56,547 nt of DNA from NCBI GenBank assembly GCA_000442015.1, contig KE561174.1, positions 1 to 56,547 on the forward strand. Reading direction: 5' to 3'. The first letter of the stretch is position 1, and every line of letters starts with the position of its first letter. The position numbers were made by a program, and so were the translations under genes. Shown piece by piece: positions 35,960 through 48,742 of the stretch. This DNA comes from Rozella allomycis CSF55. Taxonomy: Eukaryota. Below the pieces are notes generated by a model, which did not search any database, was not told the DNA's origin, and was given only the letters and a program-made list of their open reading frames with translations.

Positions 35960-36349
35960 ATGGCCCAAGTAGAACCAAACTTGAAAGGGGCAATAAATAT
36001 CGGTCGAAGAAACGTGAAAGAATTGCTCAATGAAACCATCGGATTTACTCCTAAAGGTACAAAGTAGGGTTTACAATAATATGCAGATGCCGTTGGGTGG
36101 CTTTACGCAGCAAGAGGCTTTTATAAGTTGAGAGATTATCATTCTGTTATCGAATGCATTGCACCATCTTTAAGGAATGAGAAAACAAAGCGAGAAGCGC
36201 AGCATCTATTGGCTTTCAGTTTTCTGCATACTGGGCAGTTAGAAGCATCAGCGAACGCATTTTTTAAAAGTATTAGTGCTGGAAATGAAACTGATTGGCA
36301 GCCTCTTGTGGAAATACTTATCGAAAATCCCGGGTTAAGATTAACTTAA
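35960..36349 (+). CDS. Small TPR-like helical protein
   Basis: Two-exon ORF of about 120 aa with a TPR-like pattern (AQHLLAFSFLHTGQLEASANAFFKSI). Confidence 0.65.
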
Positions 36350-36583
36350 AATTCGAAATCGAATCCTACTATCGAATAAACTGTAAAGTGTATAATACAT
36401 TGTCATGATAATATTTATTCNAGGGTTAAGATTAACTTAAAATTCGAAATCGAATAAACTGTAAAGTGTATAATACATTGTCATGATAATATTTATTCTA
36501 TTACGGTTCTTAATGAAAACTTGAAGTTATAGATAAATTGCTAACTGCAGTTTGTTTGTTGTTGTTTACAATCAAATATTCTC

Positions 36584-36937
36584 ATGCCATTAGGAGGAAC
36601 AGCAGATATATGCGTAGCTTGTAATAAAGCAGTCTACAACATGGTATGATCAATGAAATTCTCATATGTAAAGGAACTATTAAGAGCAGACAGTAATACA
36701 TTCCACAAGAATTGCTTCAAATGTTGCCAATGTAGCAATCAACTAAAGCTGGGTAATTATGCGTCTTTGGAGGGAAAATACTACTGCAAGCCTCATTACA
36801 AGCAAACATTCCAAGTTAAAGGAAACTATGACTTTGAACGTAAAGATCAGCGAAGTACATCATTTGATGCTCGGCCGACTTCACTACTAGGGAATGCTCC
36901 TCCATTGAAAGAAGAAAGTAACAAATCTGCCAATTAA
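36584..36937 (+). CDS. Single LIM-domain protein (LIMD2/EPLIN-type LIM)
   Basis: CVAC.KAVY.ME....[35 protein letters not shown]; one intron. Confidence 0.9.
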
Positions 36938-37092
36938 TAAATCTTGTTTAAGTAATGGTTGAGAATAAAATATCTTATACTCTTACAGACTTACTTTCAT
37001 TTAGAAAATCTTGTATAAGCTTCTAACACGAGTTATTTCCATCTGATTATCCCTTGTCCGAGAAAAGTAATTCTTTTCCTGAAATTTCGTAA

Positions 37093-39667
37093 ATGGAAGA
37101 GGTTACAGAAGAAAACGGTCAGGTTGAATTTAACAACGCTAATCCATACCTATCACATTTAAACGGTCAATTTTATAGTTTTAATTTATGGGAACAACTT
37201 TTAGACAATCCCCCTAACGACTCTGAACTTACTCGGGACATTTATGAAAGGTGTGTGAAACAGTTTCCAACGATGAGCAAATCATGGATGGCTTATTTAA
37301 GATACGAAATTGAACAAAAAGAATATAAAAAAGTCGAGGCTATTTTTGCCCGTTGTCTTAAAAGTGTTCTTGATATTGATCTTTGGAAATTTTATTTGGA
37401 GTATGTCCGCTCTGTTAATAAGCAGTCTCTTGAGGAAGCATCATTAGATGCAAGAGCTACAATGATAAAAGCTTATGAGTTTGCCTTGTCACATGTCGGT
37501 GTCGACATTCGTGCCTCTGAGCTTTGGCTAGATTATATCAATTTTCTTAAATCAGGCCAGGTAATTTTTTAAAGTCAATACGAAAGTCTTCTACCATGTT
37601 TGACCAGCAGCAACAAATGGAATCAATTAGACGAGTTTTTCAAAACGCAGTTTGTATTTGCATGGATGGGTTAGAAAATGTATGGAAGGAATTTGATGCT
37701 TATGAAAATACATTAAATAAATTAACTGCAAAAAAGTTTCTTGCTGATAGTAGTGGACCATATATGACTGCGCGATCCGCTTTAAAGGAATTTCGTGGAA
37801 TTATTGATTCAATAAATTATGATGTTGTTGTGAAGCCACCTGCGGGGACCATGGATGAATCCCAGTTGCTCGAGGCGTTTAAAAAATGGATTGCATGGGA
37901 GCAAGGCAACCCTCTGAACGCTGACGAAACTGTTGTTTTTAATAGAACTGTATATGCATTCAAACAAGCGTGTATGTATTTAAGATTTTTTCCTGAGATT
38001 TGGTTCGATTTCTCTTACTTTCTCTGCAAACAGAAGAAAGAGGACGAGTCCATTACTTATCTCGAAAAGGCTTGTGAAATACTACCGCAAAAGTATATAA
38101 ACTTTTTTTTATTTTCTAGTCTTTTAATTCATATCGCATTGGTTGAAAGATTACAAAGCAGGAAGAAAATTAATGAAGCAAAGGCGATTTTCGAAAGATT
38201 TATTTCTTCTTTACAAACTTTGATCACTAATCTTAAAGAGGAAAAAGATAATGAATCACATTATACCAGTAGGCAAATAAAACATAAAATATGGGTAGTT
38301 AAAGATATCCCGTCTCTTATAAACATTCTGAATTTGGCCTATATTGAGTTTATGAAATTTTCTAGGAGATCAGAAGTAAAAATATTATCAGGCCTATAAA
38401 AGGGATTCAAAGCGGCTAGGATTATTTTCAGTAAAGCTCGGAAATGGGCTGATTGTTCATTTCAAGTTTATGTTTTCTCAGGTATTATAATCCCATTGAT
38501 TGTAATAGCTTTAATGGAATATTATTGCGGTAAAGAAAAGGATATTGCATTTAAAATTTTCGATATTGGACTCAAGACTTTTCCCGATGAGCCACTATTC
38601 ATTCAAGAGTACTTGAAGTTCTTAGTTCAAATAAATGATGATAATAGTAATTTTTTATTAGTGCATAAACAGATCTGAAAGTTGTTTTTGAAAGGGCTTT
38701 ATCGTCACTTCCCTCCCAAAAATCTAAAGGTGTTTGGAAAGTCTTGATGGATTTTGAATGCCATTACGGCGACTTGGATAGTTCTGAAAAATTAATGCAA
38801 AGATACAATGAAACTTATCCTACAGGTAGCAAATTATTTTCCATGATAAAAGATCAATCAATGTTCTCAATGTTCGTTGATAAACATTCAATGCTTGATC
38901 TCTTTCCTTTGGATGATAATGAAAAGAAAATACTTGGTAACATTATTTATTTTAAGCTAATGTAGATGCATCCAAGCCTGTTATCGTTAAATCAAAGTCG
39001 ACAACGCACTTTATTCATCCGATGGCGGCTAATATATCTGTTACTCCTGGAACCTATAATATCTTTGCCTCAGTGGGAAAAACAAAATTTGCCAGGCCAA
39101 TGATCAGTTCAATTGCTCAATACAGAGTGGATCCCAATGCTGTCAATAGAAACATCACTATGAAATATCCTACTCCAATTATATCAAACACAAGACAAGA
39201 ATCACCCCAGCTTAAGAAATCAAGTGTTTCTGTTCCTGAAAAGTTCCCTATGTTACCTTCAAGTACTGCAGACAGTAGATTTCCTGGTGAACCTCTAAAT
39301 TCATTTCTCCAGAGACTTCCTTCAAAGGCGTATTTCGACGGTATATTTTAATATCTTTTAAAAAAGGTCCTGTTATAAATGTTGATCAGTTTTCTCGAGT
39401 CCTATTATCCACAACAATGGCTGTACCGTTACAACATTCTTCACAGGTACCTATGGGCATGCCTCAATTTTATGGCGCCCCAGGATTTCCACAGATTCCT
39501 CCAGGTTATCCTCCTTATTATCAGGATCCCAATACCTTGGGATATAGACAACCTCAAGTAAGTGAATCTATGTTACATAATAGGCATTAAACCGTGGTGG
39601 AACTAAAAGAAAGATGGAAGAACCAGAGAGAAGAAAAGGTGACTCGTATCGACCAAACCGACGATAA
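37093..39667 (+). CDS. RNA14: Cleavage stimulation factor CstF-77/Rna14 (HAT repeats), multi-exon
   Basis: FARCL....IDLWKFYLEYVR, AYEFAL..VGVD, WKEFDAYEN.LNK.TAKK, WIAWEQGNPL, RRSEGI.AAR, ALMEYYC.KE..IAFKIF. Confidence 0.92.
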
Positions 39668-39713
39668 ATAAATTGATTGCTTCTAATGTATCAAAACAGT
39701 TTTATTTATTCAT

Positions 39714-40064
39714 TTATTGTTCGTGAGGGTTTTGGATCACAATCAAGATATATTCTTTATCTATATTAACTTTGATGCAAGTAAATACCTGGGGCGACCA
39801 TAATTTCATGTTTTTTAGACCGAACTCTGAGAAACGTCAAGTCATTTTGTGGATCCAAGTCTCTAACGACACTTTTGGCCTTGGCTGCAAGTTGAGTAAT
39901 CAGGGCAGAATATTGGACAGTTAAAGAGTTGTCCAAAGTAGTTCGGATAGGTATGCCCTCATTATTTACTATAACTATACCTTGAACACCCTTGTGCGAC
40001 GACAATCTTTTTAGCGTTTCTTCTACTTCGGCCTATATTGGGTTTGGAGATTGCATTTTACCAT
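39714..40064 (-). CDS. DYNLRB: Dynein light chain roadblock (LC7)
   Basis: [18 protein letters not shown]...[40 protein letters not shown]-only first exon. Confidence 0.95.
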
Positions 40065-40140
40065 TTTTCAGGTTGTTTGTTATTTGAAGATTGCAAGGGT
40101 CAATAAATGAGAAATAAGGTCATAATCATTAAAATATGTT

Positions 40141-41460
40141 TTATTTTGTTTCGTTTCTATTAAAAATATAGTCATGAATCAGCTCTTTTATTTTGGGACA
40201 GTTTAAACTCGTTTCTTTCAAGGTTTGCACCAACCCAGGGTTTGCAGCAATTGACCAGTGACTTAACAAAAGCCTAGTGATCTCGTAGTTATTATTTTTA
40301 ATTGACATCAGCAGAATATTCAAAGGAATTCTTGACCTGTTTACAGCGTCATTTTGAAGAAGAACGTTGACGACATCCAATTGATTGCGAAACACAGCAA
40401 GACCTAGAGGCTGATTATGATCACAACTTGGATCTATGGAAGGCAAACGCAAGAGAACATTTAGCAGTCTCACATTACCTGTACCAGTCGCGTATTTAAT
40501 TAAGATATTGTCCATTAGTGTAGGCTCGAATCTGTTATTTTCAGTAAATAATTTGATAATTTTTTGATTTAATAGGCTATCTTCATGTTGAAAAACATTA
40601 CGAAATGCAGCAAAACGATCAAAGTTAGGATCTACTCGTTCATCCCTTAACAAGATCTCGATAACTTCCAAGCTTTGGTACTTAACAGCTTCTATTAGGC
40701 TCATAGAATTCACACTTATGTGTGGATGAGCAATTAAGCAATTAAAGATTTCATCATCGTTGATTCTGATTGCATTGGCTAATGCTTCGTTGTTATTGAG
40801 AGTTGGGTAAGTACGAATATCATTAATCAATAGTTTCACGATACCAGGTTTCCCTAATTTTGTAGCCGAATTCAACAAGTTTCCTGTATTTGGATCAAAA
40901 TCTGGGTTTTCCAAGAACAGCATGAAAATATCAACGTCGTTGTTTTCAATAGCAAAATATGCGGCCTCGTGGACATTGGGATTTACATGATAATCAAATA
41001 ACAGAGTTTCAACCAATTCATAATTTCCTTGATATACTGCGTGAGGCAAGATGTTTTCGAGAGCACTATAGCTGATTGATCTGTGAAGAGAATTTTGAAC
41101 TAGAATATCATTGATCTTGTGAAAATTTAGCGGAGTTTGTCCCAGTGTTTGGTAGAATTCCATCAATGCGGTACGGTGACAAATATTGTTAGCAAGAAGC
41201 AATGACGCAGGACTCTCTTCTAATAACCGTGCGTTACAAGAAGAAGAAGATGAAAATTTCCTTCTACCCAATCCCATAGAAAACTTGGAAAATACACCTG
41301 CCTTGGATTGCTCAGTGGCTCTTTTTAAAATATTGCGAGGAGCGAGTCTGGCAATTCTTGAAATTAAAGATGCTTCAATGTCTAAGAAAAATAACAGAAA
41401 GAGGCAGACAGCANAGAAGAATAACAGAAAGAGGTAGATAGCATTAATTATTTTCATCAC
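40141..41460 (-). CDS. Secreted ankyrin-repeat protein, intronless
   Basis: Signal peptide (partly duplicated across the N at 41414), then repeats such as AVYQGNYELVETLL, ATKLGKPGIVKLLI, ATGTGNVRLLNVLL..PSIDPS. Confidence 0.85.
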   Translation of the reverse strand: MMKIINAIYLFLLFFXAVCLFLLFFLDIEASLISRIARLAPRNILKRATEQSKAGVFSKFSMGLGRRKFSSSSSCNARLLEESPASLLLANNICHRTALMEFYQTLGQTPLNFHKINDILVQNSLHRSISYSALENILPHAVYQGNYELVETLLFDYHVNPNVHEAAYFAIENNDVDIFMLFLENPDFDPNTGNLLNSATKLGKPGIVKLLINDIRTYPTLNNNEALANAIRINDDEIFNCLIAHPHISVNSMSLIEAVKYQSLEVIEILLRDERVDPNFDRFAAFRNVFQHEDSLLNQKIIKLFTENNRFEPTLMDNILIKYATGTGNVRLLNVLLRLPSIDPSCDHNQPLGLAVFRNQLDVVNVLLQNDAVNRSRIPLNILLMSIKNNNYEITRLLLSHWSIAANPGLVQTLKETSLNCPKIKELIHDYIFNRNETK

Positions 41461-41654
41461 TTGTCACTTGAAGCAACGTGACTCCAGCCACTAATGAAAT
41501 AGGAATCCATCAATATGTCGAGTTGTCAAAATTTATGGTTTAATGATGAAAATCTACATCGACTTTTAAAAGACACACGGAAAATCCCGCACACGACAGA
41601 TGCAGTATAAAACGACGTTTACGAAATTTCGAACCTGTTTATCTTTTTTTCTAA

Positions 41655-43960
41655 ATGGATATGGAAGAAGGAAATAAACGTTTACATTCAGATGATACTA
41701 TGACTATTACACCATTAGGTGCTGGAAGCGAAGTGGGAAGGTCCTGTCATATTTTATCGTTTAAGGGCAAAAAAATTATGGTAAAAAGAGCTGCATGATT
41801 TAAAAAGTTGGACTGTGGAATACATCCCGCGTATTCAGGAATAGCAGCGCTTCCGTTTTTTGATGAGATTGAGTGTGACGAAATCGATCTAGTTCTGGTT
41901 ACCCATTTCCACTTGGACCATGCTGCTAGTCTGCCGTATTTTATGGAAAGAACAGAATTTAAGGGTAGAGTATTTATGACTCATGCTACTAAAAGCATCT
42001 ATAAATGGTAAGATGGTTTATTTACAATGAAAGGCTATTGTCGGATTATGTGAAGGTCAGCAACATTTCAACAGAATCCATTATTTATACCGAACAAGAT
42101 CTACACAATAGTTATGAAAAGATTGAGGCTGTTGATTACCACCAAGAAAACGAAGTGAATGGTATAAAGTTTACAGCCTACAATGCTGGTAGTTATAATC
42201 GTATTATGAAATAGGGCATGTTCTTGGTGCTGCGATGTTCATGATAGAAATAGCAGGTGTGAAAGTCTTGTATACAGGTGACTATTCACGTGAAGAAGAT
42301 CGACATTTGATGGCCGCTGAAAAACCTAATGGACAAATGGATATTATGATATGTGAATCTACTTATGGAGTCCAATCGCATGAGCCTAGATTGCAAAGAG
42401 AGTCTAGATTTACTGGACTTGTTCACGAAATAGTGGGGCGTGGAGGTAGATGTTTACTTCCTGTATTTGCCCTTGGTAGAGCTCAAGAATTACTATTGAT
42501 ATTGGATGAATATTGGCAAACACACCCAGAATTACATTCAGTTCCGATATATTTTGCATCTTCGCTAGCTAAAAAATGTATGACTGTGTATCAAACATAT
42601 ATCAATATGATGAATGAAAGGATCAGAAAACAATTTACGATATCAAATCCATTTGTTTTTAAACATATTTCAAATTTGAAAAATATGGAGCACTTTGAAG
42701 ATATTGGACCTTGTGTTATGATGGCCAGTCCTGGTATGCTTCAAGTAAGTGATGATAAGTCTTTTCAAGCGTAGAGTGGTTTATCCAGAGAATTGTTAGA
42801 ATTGTGGTGCAGTGATGCAAAAAATGGAGTTATTATTTCTGGTTACTCGGTTGAAGGAACTTTGGCGAAGCATATTCTAAATGAGCCTTCAGAAATAACT
42901 AGTATGAATGGATCCAAACTACCACTTCGTATGTCAGTCGAGTACATTTCATTTTCTGCGCACGTTGATTTTACTCAAAATTCCCAATTTATTGATTTAA
43001 TTAAACCTATTCATTTAGTTCTTGTTCACGGGGAAGCAAATGAAATGATGAGATTGAAGAATGCGTTGGCTCGTCATTATGAAGACGTTGAAGAGAAAAT
43101 GGAAATCCATACACCAAAAAATTGTGAAACTGTTGAACTATATTTTAAGGGAGAAAAATATGCCAAAGTTATTGGAAGAAAAGCTAGAAAGATTGCAGAT
43201 GCTGATGAGATATTTTCTGGAATTTTAGTTTCTAAAGATTTTGAATCTTACATTTTGGATCCAGAAGATTTAAATGAGTTTACTCAAGTCAAAACATGTT
43301 CTATTCTTCAGCGGCAATTAGTTACAATTAACGCCCATTTTGGGTTGATTGAATTTCATCTTAAACGAATGTTTGGGAAAAAATATCAAAAGACTTTCAA
43401 TGATGACGAAGGTCGTTATATCGTTAAAGTAAGTTTATTTCATGGCTCAAATTCATAGATTATGGATACCGTTGAAATCAAAGAAGAAGATATTGCGATG
43501 TATTCTATTGAATGGGAATCTAATCCTGTAAATGATGTCATTTCAGATTCCGTATTGTCTATTTTAATGGGTGTTGAATCAAGTCGTTCATCAGTTAAAT
43601 GTAAACTTTTATCTTTTTACTAAAATAGTGACCAAAGGTGATTCTCATGACCATCACCACCATGGAATGGAGGAAGATGAAGAATTTGTTGGTCCTTCCG
43701 TTCGTGCAGTTGATTCAAAAGAAAAACGGAATTTACTTTTAAATCTCTTGAAAGAACATTATAAAGATATTATTGTCACTGAAAATATTCTATCATTTGA
43801 AGTTATGCATGAATCTGCTCATGTTCCTGTTCAAGTGGATTCAGATACTTTGATGGTCAACTGCCCCGATGAAGATGTTAAAAGGAGAGTATCCAGCGTC
43901 TTATCACATTGGGAAAAAGTTTTAGACGCTGACGTTATATTTCATAATCATTCCAAATAA
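41655..43960 (+). CDS. YSH1: Pre-mRNA 3' endonuclease CPSF73/Ysh1, multi-exon
   Basis: [72 protein letters not shown]. Confidence 0.96.
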
Positions 43961-43991
43961 AGACTTAATTTATAATCAAATACTTCAAAAT

Positions 43992-44253
43992 TTATTGTGT
44001 TGATGTCTCTAATGCTTGGTTCTTTAATATTTCCGCTTCTTCTTTCTGAAAAAATTAAAATCAATTATTTTACCTTTAAAATATCATGTAAATCATTTAG
44101 ATTCTGTAAAGTAGATTGTAAGAATCTTTCTTCTGTGGCAAGGTCATTAAGCATGTACAGTACTTTGTCTGCTGCTTCTGATTTTTTATTGTCTAGTTAA
44201 ACATTTAACAAAATGTTACCTTTATCAGACTCTACTCTGCGTTTTCGACCCAT
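43992..44253 (-). CDS. SNAPC5 (SNAP19)-like small coiled-coil protein, 3 exons, not in ORF track
   Basis: Spliced 68 aa: MGRKRRVESDKDNKKSEAADKVLYMLNDLATEERFLQSTLQNLNDLHDILKKEEAEILKNQALETSTQ. The L..L..L..EE..L......L.D....LK.EE spacing matches SNAPC5 as recalled. Confidence 0.6.
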
Positions 44254-44545
44254 TTACTTCGCCGCCACCAAGCCTCCTCTAGTCCAAGTATAAATTAATC
44301 ACAGGCTATATGGTTAAAACTATAATTATGCCTTAACAAAAATTTTCATTAGCTTTCTATATTTATTTTTATACATGAAGCCCAAAAGGCTCAAGGCAAA
44401 AAATATCAGCTTTCATTATTCCCAAAGTTAAGCATAATTTATAGAGATTGTCAAATACTGAAAGATACAAATAAATCGTCAAAATTCATTCAAAAACATT
44501 ATCGGTGCAATTCCGTAAATTCCAGAATTGACAGGCGCCAAAAGC

Positions 44546-47500
44546 ATGACACTGGAAAACCAGCTAACAGAGGTTATCCACGCGCCGCCTGAAATTTCCA
44601 AAATACCAAGCAAGCACCATTTCGCCGTATCCGTGCGAGTTCGTCCTTTGACTCCCCAGGAATCATTGATGGGCGAGCACGCGTCTACGATCAGTGTGTT
44701 TGACGAAAACGTAGTGATATTTGATCCGAGTGCTGCTCGGGCTAGCCGTTCGCGCAAGGGTAAATTTGTGATGATGGTGTTGTAGGGATTAGCGACCACC
44801 ACAAGCGAACCAAGGAGCACCGGTATGCGTTTGACCGTGTGTTTTCTGCTGCGACATCTCAGATGGAGGTTTTTGAGCATACGACGAAGCCGTTGATTGA
44901 TGGTGTTTTGGATGGGTATAATGCGACTGTGTTTGCGTATGGGGTAAGGTGGTTGATTGTGTGGGATAGGCGACTGGCGCTGGGAAGACGCATACGATGG
45001 CTGGCACGCCTAGTGATCCTGGGATTATGGTGTTGACGATGTGTGAGTTGTTTGGGAGAATCAAGGAGCTTGAGAATGAGAAGATTATTGATTTGCGGAT
45101 GACGTATTTGGAGATATATAATGAGACGATACGGGATCTGCTTGTTGATTCGAGTGGGACGCTTGATATGCGGGAGGATGATAAGAAGGGGATTGTGATA
45201 CCGTCGTTGAGTGAGCATACGCCTGAAGATGTGCAGCAGGTGATGGCGCTTTTGAAAAAGGGGAATGCGAATCGAATGATGTCGCCGACTGTAAGTGGAA
45301 TTTGATTGGTGGAGTAGATGGCCAATGCGACGTCGTCTAGATCTCATGCAGTTTTGCAGATACATATCCAGCAGAGAGATAGAACAGCGAATATAGCGTC
45401 TGAAGTGCAGTGTGCGAAGCTTACGTTGATTGATTTAGCGGGATCAGAGAGAGCGTCTGTTACACAGAATAAAACTGAGAGGTTTAGAGAAGGAGCGAAT
45501 ATCAATCGATCGCTGCTTGCTTTAGGTAATGAGATGAAATTGAAAAGAAAAGGAAATTGTATAAATGCGCTGTGTTCACCTAGAAAGGGGCATCATATTC
45601 CATATAGAGATTCCAAGCTAACAAGGTAAGATTAATTGTGGGAGGGGATAGATTGTTAAAGTATTCACTTGGAGGCAATTGTAGAACAGTGATGATAGCA
45701 GCCGTTTCACCGTCGATTGTGCATTTTGAAGATACCTATAATACCCTTGTTTACGCCAATCGTGCAAAGAATATAAAAACGAATGTAGAGAGGAATACGG
45801 TGAGTGTTAATTATCATATTAGACAATATACACAAATTATATCAGATTTGAGATTAGAAATAGCAGAATTGAAAGAGAAAATGAACAATGAAAAAACAGA
45901 AGAAGCCACTGTGACTCTGCCACAGATGAATGAAATTTCAATTTTGAATTCTAAGAGACAGATGGATGAGATGATAAAAGAATTAGAAACAATAAAGAAT
46001 ATTTTGGTGGCTAATGAATCGTATTGTGCAGCGTTGAATGGACAATCTACGTTGTATGAGGTGTTGATTGATATAAAGTGTTTCTTGGCGTCTATAGGAG
46101 ATTATTTAGAGGAGAAAGAAAATGAGATTTATTTTAGATTGGAAGAATTTGAAAAGTTTATTTCGATGCAATTTGAACAATTGGAGGTTGATTTGGCTCA
46201 TCTGTGGAATGAATCAGAAACCATAAGGGCTGGACTGATAGAGTTGAATTCACAAGCGAATAATAAATTGCTGAATGATCATTTAGTTTTATTTGAACAG
46301 TTGGTTGGACAATCGAGAACCGAAATAGAAAAGGAAGAGTTTATGATGTACCATCAAGTGCAACAAACAATAATTGACTTTCAAAGGTTTTGGACATTGA
46401 GAGTTTTTGATTATTTGAAAGAGAATCCAAATCATTCGAAATCATCCTGGATGAATTTATGTGAAAATTTCTTTTCTATAGATCTTGTTAAATCTGTTAT
46501 TAATGAAGGTGAATTTAGATCTTGTTCACGACTATCAATTTCATCACTTGATAAATCTAGATTGTCTATTCTCTCTGGCCATGAATTTGTTATTCATTCT
46601 CCAAGATCTTTATCAGCTAGAAGACCCCAAACATCTGTTAAAATTGGTTCATTGAAGCAAGATTCTTCTGATATTCTCATTAATTCTCCTTCGACACCAA
46701 AAATACAAAAATCTGCTCCTTTAATAAATTCTACTGTTAAAGATGCACTTCAAACTTGGTTTCAAAATGATTCTCTTAAATCTACACCAAGAAAACATAA
46801 AAGTCTATCTACTACGCCACTTTCTAGATCTGTGGCTGATTTCAAAAAATTTAAGAAAACAAATTCATTTAGCGCATCTAAAGAAGGTTTATTTACAAAT
46901 CTTCAAGAGAAATTAGAAAAAGCTAAAAAATCAAAACAGAGTCTAGAAAAGATAGATGATGTTAGAGAAGTTAAAGAATCTTTAGAAAATTCATTTGGAT
47001 CTGTTAAAGAAAATTCATTTGGATCTGTGGCTGATATAGATGAAATAAAAATAGATAAAATAAAGAGAGGTGAAATAAAGATGGATGAAATGAAAATAAA
47101 TGAAGTAAAGATGGATGAAATGAAAATAAATGATTCAATTTCAGATTCAACTTTAATATTTTCAGTTCCAAAAGATATTTCTGAAATTCCTTTAAATGAA
47201 ATTAAAATTGAGAAAAGAATTTCAACGCCAATTAAACAGAAAAAGTTGAAGAGAAAAAGTTTATCTGAAAAATCTCTCGTGGAAAAGTTTGAATCTTTGA
47301 AAATTACGAAATCTCAATCTTTAAAAGATTTAAGAAGTTCTAATCAATCTAATTCTTTTTCTGTCTCAAATCTAAAAGATCTTAANAGATTTTAAAGTAT
47401 TCAGAGAATCATCATTAAAGGAATCATCATTAAAGGGATCTTCATTGAAGGAATCATCATTAAAGGGATCACTGAAGGGATCTTTATCTGCATCTAATTT

Positions 47501-48160
47501 GAAAGATTCATCATCTAATCTCAAAGAGTCGCCGTCTTCATCTAATTCTTTTAATCTTAAGGAATCGCTATCAACAGAATCAACTTTGAGAANAATTCCA
47601 ATTTAACAATTAGAGCTTCTTCTACTCTAAATGATTCATCTGCTACATTAAATCAAACAGATTCACCGTCAAGTTCATTAAAAGATTCTCCTTCTACTTC
47701 AACATTGAAAAAGTCAACAAAGAAAGCTTCAACAAATCCTGTAAAAAGACTCCCATCTTCACTATCAATAAACAAACCTGAAAGACTACGCAGAGCAACT
47801 GTAGTAGGAAACATTCAAACTTCAAAAGTTGAACTCAACGATAGACAAAGAAGATTAAGCACTACATCAGTCTCCTTGTCACTAAAAAACAAAGATTTAA
47901 AACCTTTAGAACACAAATCAAAATACCCTCAGGAAAGAAAATTCTCCAAATCTTCAACGCAATCTCCAAAATTAGATCCAAAAGAAACTCCAAAGAAAGA
48001 AACTCCCAAAAAAGAAAAATCTTATGGCAAGTATTTTAAAAACATCATTCTAAATCCCTTTAAATCTCCTGAAAAGAACAGCAAGCTGCCTATTCCAAGA
48101 AAAACTGCACCAGGTCTCAAAGCATTACTAGATGATCAAGACAAACAAACATCCAAATAA
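44546..48160 (+). CDS. Kinesin-8 (Kip3/KIF18-like) with long Ser/Lys-rich tail, multi-exon
   Basis: [92 protein letters not shown]; Ns at 47386 and 47593. Confidence 0.92.
46966..47480 (+). repeat. Coding tandem repeats in kinesin tail
   Basis: ENSFGSV x2, 30-nt E(I/V)KMDEMKIN x2, and 15-nt (E/G)SSLK units x4-5. Confidence 0.8.
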
Positions 48161-48198
48161 ATTTTCACTTTATATAATCACTTTTATTTCAATGCGTA

Positions 48199-48688
48199 TT
48201 ATAAAACAGCAACACATTCAACTTCAATTGATACATCTCTTGGCAATCTAGCCACTTCAAATGCAGCCCTAGCTGGCTTATGCTCCCCAAAAAACTCATC
48301 ACACCTTAAAACCTACTCGTACCTGTGCATATATCTCATTCATCTTTGCGAAATCATTCATATCCTTCAATAATACGGTCGTCTTCACAACCTTATTCAA
48401 TTCTACTCGTCCATCAATCACCAGTTTACCAGATTCTGAAGCTTCGACCACATTCTTCAGATTACTCAGCACAAGTTTCTTTTCAACTAAAATTATACAG
48501 ATACCGTCTGCTCTTCAATCGACCCATAAACAACAGCACCGGTTTTCGGATCGATTGGTATCTGCCCTGATACAAACACCATCCCATTCGCTATAATCGC
48601 CTGTGCTACATTGCCATTTCCGTAAATGGTTACAGTATGGGCCGATGGCTGCTGGTGCGTTAGACGTATGAACAACCTTTAATGACAT
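48199..48688 (-). CDS. RidA/YjgF/UK114 reactive imine deaminase (Mmf1-like), multi-exon
   Basis: [49 protein letters not shown]...IEVEC. Confidence 0.93.
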
Positions 48689-48742
48689 TCTATAAATCAA
48701 TTTATGCAATTTACAAAACCAATTGGAAACGAAATGATTTAT

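Noticed and set aside
35952-35960. Telomere-like AAACCCTAA before the TPR gene start
   Set aside because: Single short occurrence, expected by chance in AT-rich DNA.
31925-36500. Repeats around Ns at 32047, 35611 and 36421 suggesting broken RasGEF, TRAX and TPR genes
   Set aside because: Same N-joined duplicate pattern; genes read through when one copy is removed.
37093-43960. RNA14 and YSH1 within about 2 kb as a 3'-processing gene cluster
   Set aside because: Only two genes, separated by unrelated ones; chance proximity in a compact genome cannot be excluded without synteny data.
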